A DNA stretch of 64,000 bases, from assembly GCA_001873435.1 (NCBI GenBank), contig MNZB01000002.1:65620-129619 (forward strand). Reading direction: 5' to 3'. The position numbers were made by a program, and so were the translations under genes. Each line of letters opens with the position of its first letter. Position 1 is the first letter of the stretch. Source of the stretch: Candidatus Pacebacteria bacterium CG2_30_36_39. Its GTDB lineage: Bacteria; Patescibacteriota; Microgenomatia; UBA1400; PJMF01. Below are positions 48,678 to 59,329 of the stretch, piece by piece. The notes beneath the pieces are model-generated. The model saw only the letters and a program-made list of their open reading frames with translations, did not search any database and was not told the DNA's origin.

Positions 48678-51275
48678 TCACGGCAACAAAGAATTGACCT
48701 TATTAGATCTCCTTACGATCTCCTTTTTAACTGATACTTTCTCACTCTCTACAAACTTTCGGGCATACAATCTACGAGAGGACTCAACTACTGTATCTGC
48801 CACTTTCTGATTAGACTCCAATTCTACTGGCACCGTTATCCCAGAGAATGGCGCCTCTGGATTAATTGCTCCTAATCTCATGTAAAAGCGATAAGAGGGT
48901 AAACTAGCAATCTCACCTGGCTCAATATATGGCCGGAATTGAGGCAAGATGACTCGCTCGTCCTCAGGGTTGGCTGTTCGAAAGCAAATCACTGTCCCAG
49001 TATTAGCCAAAGTAATATTAACCAGTGAGCCATCTTCTAGTTGAGAGGTGGTTTGATGAGCCAAAATTGCATTTAGTTTGTATTTTCTAGCCTCAGATAA
49101 AATTTGCGCAAAAGCAGGAGTCGCAAAGTTCTGAAACTCATCCACATATAAGTAGAAGTCACGGCGCTCGTCTTGGGTCATCCGAGCCCGTTTGAGGGCT
49201 GCTAACTGAATCTTGGCCATGATCAATACTCCAAAGACACTCGAGTTATCCTCACCAATCTTACCTTTTGAAAGATTGCATAGCAGAATTTTGTCATCAT
49301 TCAAGATCGAGTCAAAGTTAACAGTGGACTTGCTCTGCTCTAGGATTCTCTTAGCAGTGGGAGAAAATAAAAACCTTCCAATCTTGTTAGTAATCGGCGA
49401 GATCATCTTCACTTTTTGATAGTCTCCCGCCTTGGCAAACTCATACTTCCAGAAGTCCAAAAGATTCTCATCCGTCAGCCCTTTCACTACTGACTTACGA
49501 TACTTTGTGTTGATCAGGAGCTTGTAGACGGTAAAGAGGGTTGCACCAGGGACGGTAAAAGCGGTATGGATAGTGTTTCTTAAGATATATTCCATCCTGG
49601 GGCCAGAGTATTTGTCGGTATAGATCTTGTGGAATACCGAGATAATACTCTCAGCAACAAACTCTTTTTCTCGGATGGCTTCCTCAGCTGATAAGTTAGG
49701 AGTTAACTCAAGTAAGTTAATACCTATCGGATAGCCAATGTCATCAGGATTAAAGTAAACCACATCTTTGATTCTCTTCTTAGGAATAACTGTCAAAATC
49801 TGCTCAATCAAGTCTCCATGAGGATCAACGATTGCTAGACCTTTGTTGTGATCAATATCTTGTTTAATCATCGATAGGAGCATGGTTGACTTACCAGTTC
49901 CGGTTGCCCCCAGCACATAAACATGGCGTCTGCGCTCATCCAGACTCAAGCCAATCTCAGTTTTTACCCCGCCATAAGTATTTCTGCCAAAGTAGAGATC
50001 ACACACAGCTTTTTGTTTGAGCGAGAGTGGTGCCGGAAGTTCTTTGCTGTGAGACTTCACAAGATCCTCAGTCTTGGCAGTGCTGGTAAATGGGAAATGA
50101 TAGATATCACCAATCTCTGAAGCAGAGAGAATTGACTTGTTAAGCAGTCGGGGCAAGCGGTTAGTGAATAAGTGTCTTTTGAAACGACTAATTAACTTTA
50201 GTTTCCAAGCTAGAGACTTGACTAACATTTGATAGCTTGAGTTATTGAATGAAGACAAGGTAGAGACAAATCCTTTTTCATGATTTCCTAGGCTGCCTTT
50301 ATTGCTACTCACCACCAACAGTCGTAGTGAGGTGCTAAATAGTTGTTGATCTAGTTTGTGCTTTACCAACCCTTCCATTTCTTCCTGATAGGGGTTATTA
50401 GTTTTTTGTTGTTGATCTTTGGCGTGGATTGACAGGAGTGGCCCTTCTTTGCCGTCGGTTAATAAGAACACTAGTAAGCCAATCGGGAACAGGAGAATTT
50501 GTAGAGCTACATATAGTAGTTGCTGAAAGATGGCGAGGTAGGGGTGCTCTTGCAAGCGATCATTGATGTTAACCACCAAGTCATTACCAGAATATATCAA
50601 TTTGGAGATTCTCTTAATATCCGCCACCATACTTTTGTTTATTGGTGCCACAATGATTTGAAAGGCAATCAACTCATTCTCTTTGAGCTTTGTCATGCTC
50701 CCAGTCATGTAAGCAATTGGGTCGTGCTTATCTAGTGACTCTTGCTTCTTAAGAGGTAGGGCAAAGTGATTGGAGAGCTTGAATTCAGTGATTTTGTGAG
50801 GCTTTGTCTCTAGGTCTTGTGGTAAGTAATCAGCAACTTTTTTGATAGCAATCCCAGGTAAATAAGAAAAAAGGCTTTTCTCTACCAGTTCTACATCATT
50901 TTTATCAACTCTAATCAGGTATCTAATCCCAGCTTCCTTAGTAGAGACTATTTCAAAAGCATAGTTCTTGGAGATATTAAAGAATCGCTCCAATCTCGAG
51001 GCTTGTCTTGCTAGCCCATGAAGCATGTTAAAGAGTTGTTCAGTGGTAAAGGGGTTTTGCTCGGTAATCCTCAGGGGTTTGGCCTCAATTATAATTTGTG
51101 GTCTGTTTTGGAGCTTGTGGGTCAGTAAATATCTAGTCAAATGATACGCGAGAAACAAAAGAGCCCAAACAGCGATTAGTGCAATTGAAGAGTTTAACCA
51201 AAAAGAAAGATCAATATCAGATAAATATCGAGCAGGAGTTTGAAGTTTTAAGAATATCTCACTAAGTGTATACAT
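48678..51275 (-). CDS. virD4: VirD4/TraD type IV coupling protein
   Basis: GATGTGKS, DPHGDL, YVDEFQNF and LSEARKY motifs. Confidence 0.9.
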   Translation of the reverse strand: MYTLSEIFLKLQTPARYLSDIDLSFWLNSSIALIAVWALLFLAYHLTRYLLTHKLQNRPQIIIEAKPLRITEQNPFTTEQLFNMLHGLARQASRLERFFNISKNYAFEIVSTKEAGIRYLIRVDKNDVELVEKSLFSYLPGIAIKKVADYLPQDLETKPHKITEFKLSNHFALPLKKQESLDKHDPIAYMTGSMTKLKENELIAFQIIVAPINKSMVADIKRISKLIYSGNDLVVNINDRLQEHPYLAIFQQLLYVALQILLFPIGLLVFLLTDGKEGPLLSIHAKDQQQKTNNPYQEEMEGLVKHKLDQQLFSTSLRLLVVSSNKGSLGNHEKGFVSTLSSFNNSSYQMLVKSLAWKLKLISRFKRHLFTNRLPRLLNKSILSASEIGDIYHFPFTSTAKTEDLVKSHSKELPAPLSLKQKAVCDLYFGRNTYGGVKTEIGLSLDERRRHVYVLGATGTGKSTMLLSMIKQDIDHNKGLAIVDPHGDLIEQILTVIPKKRIKDVVYFNPDDIGYPIGINLLELTPNLSAEEAIREKEFVAESIISVFHKIYTDKYSGPRMEYILRNTIHTAFTVPGATLFTVYKLLINTKYRKSVVKGLTDENLLDFWKYEFAKAGDYQKVKMISPITNKIGRFLFSPTAKRILEQSKSTVNFDSILNDDKILLCNLSKGKIGEDNSSVFGVLIMAKIQLAALKRARMTQDERRDFYLYVDEFQNFATPAFAQILSEARKYKLNAILAHQTTSQLEDGSLVNITLANTGTVICFRTANPEDERVILPQFRPYIEPGEIASLPSYRFYMRLGAINPEAPFSGITVPVELESNQKVADTVVESSRRLYARKFVESEKVSVKKEIVRRSNKVNSLLP

Positions 51276-51367
51276 AACCTACCTTTAGTTGGGCAGGTGT
51301 TTGACAGAAGTATATCTTAGAGAGTTAATAAACGCCAGTACTTGACTAAAATTAGTCTAAAAAAGAC

Positions 51368-51397
51368 TTGACAACTATCCGTATTAGTATATATACT
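51368..51397 (+). promoter_or_regulatory. sigma70 promoter for the small ORF-recombinase operon
   Basis: TTGACA-18 nt-TATACT. Confidence 0.6.
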
Positions 51398-51432
51398 AAC
51401 CATATAGGGATAGTTACAAACAAGCTTTGAAT

Positions 51433-51606
51433 ATGAGTAAAGATAGCCTAAAACCAGAAGTAGATCAGAAGTTCCCAGTGCAAGATCTCCAAGATGCAAA
51501 AGTAGAAATCAAGTATCTAGCTCGCACTTGGTTAGATGACTTTGAGAAGCAAGTATTTCACGGCAAAACAGTAGAGGAGTTACTAGGTAGGGGTAACTAT
51601 GACTAG
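51433..51606 (+). CDS. 57-aa protein overlapping the recombinase start
   Basis: Manual translation MSKDSLKPEV...ARTWLDDFEKQVFHGKTVEELLGRGNYD; below the ORF-track cutoff. Confidence 0.65.
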   Translation: MSKDSLKPEVDQKFPVQDLQDAKVEIKYLARTWLDDFEKQVFHGKTVEELLGRGNYD

Positions 51607-53158
51607 GGATGAGAAAAATACCAAAACTGATGCGATCCTATATCTCAGAGTCTCCACTGAGGAGCAAGTAGATAACTTCTCCCTTGGTACCCAAGAAGAA
51701 ATCTGTCGCAAAGAAGCGACTCGCATGGGCATGAAAATCGTCAAAATCTTTCGGGAAGAGGGCAAATCAGCCAAAACCATTGTCGGTAGACCTCAACTAG
51801 TTGAGCTCCTCAAGTATTGTAGGCAAAACAAAAAGACTCTAGGGGCAGTGTTTGTTTATCGCCTAGATAGACTCTCCAGAAAGACTGCTGACTACCTTAG
51901 CATTAGAAAAAGTCTGATTAACTATCAGATTCAGCTTATCTCAGCGTCAGAGCCTACAGGCACCTCACCAACAGACACACTTCTTGAGACTATTCTTGCT
52001 AGCTTTGCCCAGCACGACAACGACGTAAGGAGTGAGCGCACCAGAAACGGAATGCACGCTAGATTTATGTCGGGCCTTATTACTCGTAAGCCTCCTCTGG
52101 GTTACTTGATGAATCCTCAAAAGATCCCAGTCAAAGATCCTGAAACCTGGGATTTGGTCAAACAAGCTTGGGACTTAATGGCTACCGGCACCAAGAGCTT
52201 GCGAGAAATGGCAATAATCATGAATAAACTAGGTCTACGTACCAAGTCACACGGCAAACCATATGAACTAAGAACCCAGACTGCTCACCGCATCTTCAAA
52301 AACAAATTCTATGCTGGCATCCTTACCTCAGATACCTACAAAGAAGAGGTGAAGGGTCAACACACGCCCATGATTACTCTTGAGCAGTATTATCGAGTGC
52401 AAAACATCCTAGAAGGTAGATGTGTTAATAAAAAAGCTCTCAACATTAAAAAAACTCGACTCAATCAAAAGTTCCCTCTCAGAAGAATTATTAAATGTGC
52501 TGAGTGTGGGACTGGACTCACTGCTGGCTGGAGTAAGGGTAGAACCAAGAGATATCCTTACTATAGATGTGCTAATGGCTGTAAACAGACCTCGGTTAGA
52601 GCCGAAGTATTAGATGAGACAGTAGTAGAGCTACTTCGCTCAATTACACCCAAGAAAGAATGCCTAGAGCTCTTTACTCAGTATGTAGTCGAAGAATACG
52701 AGTCTAGACTCGAGAACATTAAGAAAGCCAAAAACGTTGCTGACGGCGAGATCCAGAGGCTCAAAGACATGCGAAAAATACTGGTCGAAAAGAACATGAT
52801 GGGCATCTATACCGATGAAATCTTTATGGAACAAAACGCCCTTATCGAGAAGAAAATGACTGTCGTCGAAGTAGCCAAATCCGACTCCACTCTAGAGAAA
52901 TATGACATCCACAAACTGTCTGATTTTATCAAGGCAACTCTTAGTGATCTGGGGAGTACTTATAAGCGGTCAACTGTTTCCCAGGCTAAAGCATTAATTG
53001 GTTCAATCTTCCCTTTGGGAATCAGTTACAACATTGACGGTACATTGAACCATGAAATTAACCCAATGTATCAAGCTATTCTCAACTATGATACTCAGGG
53101 CATCTCGTATGGTGACCCCATGGGGAATCGAACCCCAGTTACCAGGATGAGAACCTAG
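51599..53158 (+). CDS. Large serine recombinase (ICE integrase); its 3' end reads antisense into the tRNA
   Basis: YLRVSTEEQ (catalytic Ser), DRLSR, recombinase domain, CAECG...YYRC zinc ribbon and coiled coil. Confidence 0.93.
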   Translation: MTRDEKNTKTDAILYLRVSTEEQVDNFSLGTQEEICRKEATRMGMKIVKIFREEGKSAKTIVGRPQLVELLKYCRQNKKTLGAVFVYRLDRLSRKTADYLSIRKSLINYQIQLISASEPTGTSPTDTLLETILASFAQHDNDVRSERTRNGMHARFMSGLITRKPPLGYLMNPQKIPVKDPETWDLVKQAWDLMATGTKSLREMAIIMNKLGLRTKSHGKPYELRTQTAHRIFKNKFYAGILTSDTYKEEVKGQHTPMITLEQYYRVQNILEGRCVNKKALNIKKTRLNQKFPLRRIIKCAECGTGLTAGWSKGRTKRYPYYRCANGCKQTSVRAEVLDETVVELLRSITPKKECLELFTQYVVEEYESRLENIKKAKNVADGEIQRLKDMRKILVEKNMMGIYTDEIFMEQNALIEKKMTVVEVAKSDSTLEKYDIHKLSDFIKATLSDLGSTYKRSTVSQAKALIGSIFPLGISYNIDGTLNHEINPMYQAILNYDTQGISYGDPMGNRTPVTRMRT

Positions 53159-53185
53159 TGTCCTAAACCACTAGACGATGGGGCC
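53110..53185 (-). tRNA. tRNA-Glu(CTC)
   Basis: GGCCCCA/TGGGGTC acceptor stem, anticodon loop TT-CTC-AT, GGTTCGATTCC T-arm and CCA end. Confidence 0.95.
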
Positions 53186-53265
53186 AGTGGTATAACGAAC
53201 CGTTATTATACGATTTATATGGTTTTAAGACAATTACTGTCATAGACATTTGTCATGATGAATTA

Positions 53266-54162
53266 ATGGCAAAAACAATCCTCTTTTTTATTATCTTCTT
53301 TTTCTCATTCACAGAAACAATTGCTCAGGAATTCACTCCAACAACAAACTTATTCAACTCAAACCTAGATGGAATATGGGAAATACCTGCTTTAGAAAAC
53401 ATACTAATTGAAAAAGATTTTAATGAAAAAAATTGGCAAGAAATAACAACAACCAAAGAAACATTTGGCTCCATTAAACTAAACAACAACACCTATCAAC
53501 TTAATGAAACCATCACCGACTATTTAACCAAAAACAAAATAAAAATAAAATATCTGGCACCAGAAAACAAATACCTCAAACTACAATTTAAATATCGTTG
53601 TCAAACATCAGAACAAGACAACAACTTCGACTCGCCATTCCTACTATTATTCCTTAAAACTAAACTAGTCATTAGAAAAGACCAATTAGACATTTGCTCT
53701 AAAGACACCAACCAGTGGGGAGAATGGCAAAACATAGAACACACATACCTCAATAATGCTAATGAAATATTCATCTTCGCTGGAGACTTTGGTGATCTAG
53801 AACTTCCAACGAAAATAGAAATAAAAGAAATCAAATTATTCATCTATCAAGAAGAAATACCTCAATCAACACCAACCATACATATAACTCCAATACCAAA
53901 AATTTCTAAAACCAACCCCCAGCCAACAACTCAAAAAAACCAAGTTCAACCAACTCCCAAATACCATAGCTCAAACACACAGCCCCAAAATGGAGAAATA
54001 TTGGGAGATATCATGGACAAAAACATAGCACCAGAAAAAAGAAATTTCTTTTGGGAAAAAATCCTACTAATATCAATTATTGCCATGACATTCATTTTCT
54101 CTTTCACCTCAATCTTTGTTTTACTCCTAATCATTCTAAAAAACAGAAAAAAACCCTATTAA
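53266..54162 (+). CDS. Secreted protein with Pro/Thr linker and C-terminal TM anchor
   Basis: Signal peptide, PT-rich linker, GEILG motif and C-terminal TM. Confidence 0.7.
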   Translation: MAKTILFFIIFFFSFTETIAQEFTPTTNLFNSNLDGIWEIPALENILIEKDFNEKNWQEITTTKETFGSIKLNNNTYQLNETITDYLTKNKIKIKYLAPENKYLKLQFKYRCQTSEQDNNFDSPFLLLFLKTKLVIRKDQLDICSKDTNQWGEWQNIEHTYLNNANEIFIFAGDFGDLELPTKIEIKEIKLFIYQEEIPQSTPTIHITPIPKISKTNPQPTTQKNQVQPTPKYHSSNTQPQNGEILGDIMDKNIAPEKRNFFWEKILLISIIAMTFIFSFTSIFVLLLIILKNRKKPY

Positions 54163-54212
54163 AAACATCTCTTTTAGCAAAAAACTCCTTTCTCTTGTAG
54201 GAATAGAGTATT

Positions 54213-55214
54213 TTGTTGCATAATGGAACTATACGTATGTCACGAAACAAACAGCGACGTCGAGCAACAGGCGGTATTAGAGGAACCCTAATGCATCTCT
54301 TCCATCCTTCATATCACAATGAACATAAGCCAAAACTACTTCATCCTGAATCACTACTATATTTCTCTCTCATAGTCTTAGCCTCATTTTCATTACTCAA
54401 AGCAATCCGTTTTTTTCCAGGAATAGAACATAGCATCTTAGGCTATGCCTCAAACATCACCCCAGAAGATGTAATCATCCAGACAAACAAAGAAAGAACA
54501 ACCAACGGCATGGGAGGATTAATCCTTAACGAAGAACTCTCTCAAGCAGCCCTAGCCAAGGGCCAAGACATGTTTGCCGACCAATATTGGTCACACACAG
54601 CTCCAGACGGAACAGAACCATGGTATTTCATTGAAAAATCAGGCTACAGCTACAAAGTAGCTGGAGAAAACCTAGCCCGCGACTTCATGAACACCTCAGA
54701 CATGATGCAAGCATGGCTAGCATCTCCAACTCACCGAGCCAACCTCCTCAACCCCCGCTTTCAAGAAATCGGCATTGCAGTTATCGACGGTAGACTAAAC
54801 GGCTTTGAAACCACCTTAGTAGTCCAAATGTTTGGTACACCAGAAAAAACGGCAAACATTGCAACCAAACCAACAGAAAAGAAAACACCACAACTACTAA
54901 CCGACGCAGCAGAAACAAATACCACCCAAGAAAAAACAGGCACAGAAGCAGTCCTAGCAGACTCAACCATGCTAGTCGGCCAAGCAGTATCCCCAATGGA
55001 ATTTAGAGATGCAGTCCTACTAACGCCGTTGCAACTAACCAAAGCCTTTTTCCTAGCAGTAATCCTCTTAGTAGTCATGACCCTAACCTATGACACCTTT
55101 ATTGCGAGTAACACTAAAACAGCCCATTTAATTGGCAAAAACATCGGCCATCTAATGATCTTCAGCGCCGTAGCCTTTATGCTAATTTTCTTTAAGGGAG
55201 GAATGGTAAATTAA
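54213..55214 (+). CDS. CAP/SCP-domain membrane protein
   Basis: YWSH, AGENLA and WLASPTHRAN motifs; start uncertain. Confidence 0.88.
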   Translation: MLHNGTIRMSRNKQRRRATGGIRGTLMHLFHPSYHNEHKPKLLHPESLLYFSLIVLASFSLLKAIRFFPGIEHSILGYASNITPEDVIIQTNKERTTNGMGGLILNEELSQAALAKGQDMFADQYWSHTAPDGTEPWYFIEKSGYSYKVAGENLARDFMNTSDMMQAWLASPTHRANLLNPRFQEIGIAVIDGRLNGFETTLVVQMFGTPEKTANIATKPTEKKTPQLLTDAAETNTTQEKTGTEAVLADSTMLVGQAVSPMEFRDAVLLTPLQLTKAFFLAVILLVVMTLTYDTFIASNTKTAHLIGKNIGHLMIFSAVAFMLIFFKGGMVN

Positions 55215-55215
55215 T

Positions 55216-55473
55216 ATGGTTGCAGAAATCTTAAAACACAAACTAGCCTACGCCTTTCTACTAATTGCGCTCATAACCTTTACCTTTGGCTTCTTTGCTG
55301 TTTGGCCCAACAGACAACTACAAAGAATCTTAGTAATAGGCTTAGCAATTTTCTATTTTACCTGGGGACTAGTAACTCACGTCAAAAGCAGAAAACTAAC
55401 AAAACTAGTAGTACTAGAATATTTAACTACCTCACTTTTAGCAGGAATCTTGCTATTATTAGTAACGCTCTAA
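55216..55473 (+). CDS. Small 3-TM membrane protein
   Basis: 85 aa; YFTWG..H and EY motifs. Confidence 0.7.
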   Translation: MVAEILKHKLAYAFLLIALITFTFGFFAVWPNRQLQRILVIGLAIFYFTWGLVTHVKSRKLTKLVVLEYLTTSLLAGILLLLVTL

Positions 55474-55475
55474 AC

Positions 55476-56309
55476 ATGAAAAAATTAAAATATTTCTTCC
55501 TATCCACTCTAATTACTGGCGTTTTGCTAATACCATCTATGGCCTTAGCCCAGCAACTACCAGAACCAGTCAAAAACGAAGAAGTTGTAGCCAGACAAGG
55601 ACTAGAAAAAGAAATCGCTAAACTCAAAGAAATATATCGAGGACAACTAGCTGAATATCGTGATGCTGACAAACAATTTAACATCGCCAAAGACCAATAC
55701 AATGAACTAGAAACCTTGGCCTCAATCAATGACGTTGTCAAAGCCGCAAGAGACGTTTTAATGCTTCGCGACCTAGTAATGATCACTCACTTCGAACTAC
55801 TAAGAAACAACATTGTAGCTGCAGACGGCATTGAACTATCACTAAAACAAAAAGTAATAGAAAGAATGCAAGACAGAGTAAAGTGGCTAGAAGAACACCG
55901 TGGCAAGCTAGAAAAAGCTCAAGACAGACCACAATTTAATGTTTTATCTGATGAATTTACTGATAAAGAAGATGATTTTATGGAAATCTCAAATCAAGCA
56001 ACTACAATCTTGGCTGTTGGCTCAATGCAAGACGTTTATGACAGACTAGTCTTAGTCCGTAAAGACATCTTAGCCTTAGAAGCCAAATCAAGCACTGCTG
56101 ATCGCTCTAGAGCATCTATAGAGACCGACCGCATGATCTCTGCTGTCAAGGGAACATTGGATAGTAATTGGGTAGAGCTAGGAGAAGAAGTCCTGGATGG
56201 CAATGTCACCAGTTATTCTAGTAACTTAGTTAAAACTCTAAGCCCCATTTACACTGGACTAAATAAGACAGTGTCATTCTTAAGAGAACTATTGAGAGAA
56301 ATAAAATGA
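55476..56309 (+). CDS. Secreted coiled-coil protein
   Basis: Signal peptide beginning MKKLKYFF; the track's upstream start overlaps the previous gene. Confidence 0.7.
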   Translation: MKKLKYFFLSTLITGVLLIPSMALAQQLPEPVKNEEVVARQGLEKEIAKLKEIYRGQLAEYRDADKQFNIAKDQYNELETLASINDVVKAARDVLMLRDLVMITHFELLRNNIVAADGIELSLKQKVIERMQDRVKWLEEHRGKLEKAQDRPQFNVLSDEFTDKEDDFMEISNQATTILAVGSMQDVYDRLVLVRKDILALEAKSSTADRSRASIETDRMISAVKGTLDSNWVELGEEVLDGNVTSYSSNLVKTLSPIYTGLNKTVSFLRELLREIK

Positions 56310-56677
56310 TAGAAGAAAATTACAATCCAAACCAAACACAGTTTGCTGGTGAACAACCCATCTTTGAAACACCACCAATTGAACCATTAGATCCTATTGC
56401 TCCACCCAAAAAAAAGATTCCTCCTCTTTATTTTATTATTAGTGGAGCCTTAATTATTTTAATTGCAGTCTTAACCTATGCTGCAATCAACCGCAAACCA
56501 GTAGTAGAAGAAGTTCCAGAGGTTACACCAACCCCAACTATAGCTTCAGAACTAAGCCCCATTGAACAGAAACTAAATACTGCTGTAGACCTTTTAAAAC
56601 AAGCTAATCCAGAAACAGAAAAATATCCTTTTCCACCAATAGACATGGAACTAAGGATAGATGAAACTAAATTTTAG
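56306..56677 (+). CDS. Single-TM Pro-rich protein
   Basis: 123 aa with TM and TPTP motif. Confidence 0.7.
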   Translation: MIEENYNPNQTQFAGEQPIFETPPIEPLDPIAPPKKKIPPLYFIISGALIILIAVLTYAAINRKPVVEEVPEVTPTPTIASELSPIEQKLNTAVDLLKQANPETEKYPFPPIDMELRIDETKF

Positions 56678-57566
56678 ACTTTGTCTCTCCACTTAAAAAA
56701 TCTGGAAACTTCCAACTCAAAAGAATAAAACCAGAAATTGCCCAGAAACCAAGCTCTCTGATGGCAATTGGATTATTTTGATAAACTTGTTGCATCACCA
56801 ACTCTAAAATATTTAAGGTTACAAGCACTGCTAAACTAAGCCTCCAACCTTGTTTCCAAGTTTTAAGCAAGCCAGCCATCTTAGCAAACAACCAAAGAAT
56901 AGTGCCATAAAAAAGACTAAAAAACAGTTCCATTAAAATGGTAATCAAACCAAAGAAAATTGGTAACAAATATTTAATACGATTTTGCCAAACAACCAGA
57001 TTTTCATTAAAAACTTTTTGTAAATAAGGCAAATCACTTGCTTGAACATCAAATTCCTCTTGAGGAAGAACAGAATTCAACTGTTTAGTTAAAGACTTGT
57101 TTTCTTCATCCAAAACTGAATACTGACTTTTTTCAATAACCACCAAAGTCTCTTCATCATTCAATAATTCATTTCTTAATTCTGGATTCAATTCCGATGA
57201 TCGATAACGAATATTCAATGGCTTTACAAATTCATTAGTTAGAAAACTTAATTTAGTTATATCAACATCTAAATCTTGATATTTGCCAGTAGGGAAAAGA
57301 GTCAATTCCTTCGTATCCCAAGCAACAACTAGGTCTTCAGGATATTGAGCTACTACCTCTTCAGTGGCTTGACTGATAGAAGAAACTAATTTGGGCAATT
57401 GAAAATATGAAAAAAGACCACCCCTAATAAGACCAATAATAAAAAGACTGATAGCAAAAAAACGAAAAACATGTTTGGTAGGCAAAATCACCCAACGCAT
57501 ATAACTCTGAGGATTAGTAAAACCCAAAACAATAGTTACAAAATATTTTTTAAACTGATTTTTCAT
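56667..57566 (-). CDS. Membrane protein (DUF1189-like topology)
   Basis: One TM, an extracellular loop, then three TM segments. Confidence 0.65.
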   Translation of the reverse strand: MKNQFKKYFVTIVLGFTNPQSYMRWVILPTKHVFRFFAISLFIIGLIRGGLFSYFQLPKLVSSISQATEEVVAQYPEDLVVAWDTKELTLFPTGKYQDLDVDITKLSFLTNEFVKPLNIRYRSSELNPELRNELLNDEETLVVIEKSQYSVLDEENKSLTKQLNSVLPQEEFDVQASDLPYLQKVFNENLVVWQNRIKYLLPIFFGLITILMELFFSLFYGTILWLFAKMAGLLKTWKQGWRLSLAVLVTLNILELVMQQVYQNNPIAIRELGFWAISGFILLSWKFPDFLSGETKSKI

Positions 57567-57640
57567 GTGTACTAGTATACCAGGCTCATAAACTCAAGTT
57601 CCCTCCACATCTTATTATCTTTGCGGTAAAATGAAGGGAT

Positions 57641-58192
57641 ATGATCCAAAAAAAAGATTATGTTCAACAATTTACTCAAGCAATAAATCACACCGAAAAA
57701 GAAGTTTCTACTCTTAGAACCGGTAGGGCATCTGTACAAATGCTTGACGATGTAATGGTAGAAGCCTATGGCTCAATGATGCATCTTAACGAAGTGGGTA
57801 ACATTAGTGCTCCAGATCCAACCTTATTAGTTATTTCTCCCTGGGATAAAAGCTTGGTTGGTCCAATTGAGAAGGGTGTTTTAGCAGCCAATCTCAATTT
57901 AGCTGCTATCGTAGATGGCGCCACTGTTAAAGTTCCAGTTCCTCCACTAACTCAAGAACGACGTCAAGAAATGGTAAAAATATTACATCAAAAAGCAGAA
58001 AGTGGTAAAGTCATGCTTCGTTCAGTGCGATCTGATGTAAAAGATATGATTGAGAGCCAAGAAGGCGAAGCTGGAGTAAGTGAAGATGACACCAAACTTT
58101 CTCTTAAAGAATTAGAAGAAGTCACCAAAGAATATATTGAGAAGATAGATCTTTTAGTTAAAAACAAGGAAAAAGAACTACTTTCTTTGTAA
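57641..58192 (+). CDS. frr: Ribosome recycling factor
   Basis: LRTGRA and PPLTQERR motifs. Confidence 0.95.
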   Translation: MIQKKDYVQQFTQAINHTEKEVSTLRTGRASVQMLDDVMVEAYGSMMHLNEVGNISAPDPTLLVISPWDKSLVGPIEKGVLAANLNLAAIVDGATVKVPVPPLTQERRQEMVKILHQKAESGKVMLRSVRSDVKDMIESQEGEAGVSEDDTKLSLKELEEVTKEYIEKIDLLVKNKEKELLSL

Positions 58193-58198
58193 TTCAAA

Positions 58199-59320
58199 AT
58201 GACTACTTTTGTTTTCATTCTCATTCTATCTTTTCTAGTCATAATCCATGAACTAGGTCATTTTTTCCTTGCTAAGAAAAATAATGTTAAAGTCCATGAA
58301 TTTGGCTTCGGCTATCCTCCTAAATTTTTGCGTTTATTCACTTGGAAAAAAACTGATTTCACCTTAAACCTAATTCCATTCGGTGGTTTTGTTAGATTAG
58401 AAGGAGAGGAATACGATGAAAATGCTAGTGAAAAAGAAAAGAAAAACCAAACTGCTTTTTATAATAAATCAGCCAAGGCTCGTTTAGCCATTGCTGCTGC
58501 TGGTCCTTTGGTCAACATTATTTATGCTCTATTTATTTTTTCTATTGTCTTTAGTGTTATGGGCGTTCCAACTGATTTACAAAATAGACCAAGAATTGGT
58601 GAAATTTCTCCAGAATCGCCAGCTGCGGTGGCTGAATTAAAACCTGATTACGAAATTGTTGGCTTCCGTCTTTATGATGAAGAAATCAAAATTAACAAAA
58701 TAGAAGAAGTAATTAATTTTATTAAATTAAATCAGGGACAGACAGTTGAAGTTTCTTTGGTTGGCCCATGCCAACAGCTAACCTGTGCAGAAAAAATTAT
58801 TACTAAAGAAATTTATCTAAGAACAGAGGCAGAAATTCCAGCAGGACAAGGATCGATGGGCGTTGCTTTTAGTGACTTCTATTTTGCCAAAGGACCTTGG
58901 TATTTAAGACCTTTTCAAGGAATGATTTATGGTTTTCAAGAAGCCTATCAGATGGTAGTAATGATTTTAATGTCACTCTGGATTTTGATAAGCGATATCA
59001 TCGCTGGTAATGGAGTACCAGATGGCATAGCTGGTCCAATTGGTATTGTTGACCAAGCATCAAACGCTGGACTATTTGAACAGGGCTGGTTAACTATATT
59101 AGGATTTTCTGGCATGTTATCTCTCAATCTTGGTATTATGAATTTATTACCTATTCCAGCTCTAGATGGAGGTAGAATCTTCTTTATTTTCTTGGAAAAA
59201 TTTTTAGGTAAAGAAAAAGTAAGACGTTTTGAAGGCACTGCCCACTTGACTGGTTTTATTATTTTGCTAGGCTTAATCATTCTGATTTCAATTCGTGATG
59301 TGTTTAGAATCTTTCAATAA
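58199..59320 (+). CDS. rseP: Site-2 protease RseP (M50)
   Basis: HELGH, GGFV and NLLPIPALDGG motifs; PDZ domain. Confidence 0.92.
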   Translation: MTTFVFILILSFLVIIHELGHFFLAKKNNVKVHEFGFGYPPKFLRLFTWKKTDFTLNLIPFGGFVRLEGEEYDENASEKEKKNQTAFYNKSAKARLAIAAAGPLVNIIYALFIFSIVFSVMGVPTDLQNRPRIGEISPESPAAVAELKPDYEIVGFRLYDEEIKINKIEEVINFIKLNQGQTVEVSLVGPCQQLTCAEKIITKEIYLRTEAEIPAGQGSMGVAFSDFYFAKGPWYLRPFQGMIYGFQEAYQMVVMILMSLWILISDIIAGNGVPDGIAGPIGIVDQASNAGLFEQGWLTILGFSGMLSLNLGIMNLLPIPALDGGRIFFIFLEKFLGKEKVRRFEGTAHLTGFIILLGLIILISIRDVFRIFQ

Positions 59321-59329
59321 AAAGGAAAA

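Larger units (their letters stand above)
28924..53118. mobile_element. Integrative conjugative element integrated at the 3' end of tRNA-Glu, carrying a DGR
   Basis: GTGACCC direct repeat at 28924-28930 and 53112-53118. Contains a serine recombinase, VirD4, relaxase, VirB4, PrgI, VirB6-like, pilin and M23 genes, and is visibly higher in GC than its left flank. Confidence 0.88.

Noticed and set aside
28924-53118. Prophage
   Set aside because: No capsid, terminase or tail genes. The relaxase, coupling protein and VirB4 indicate an ICE.
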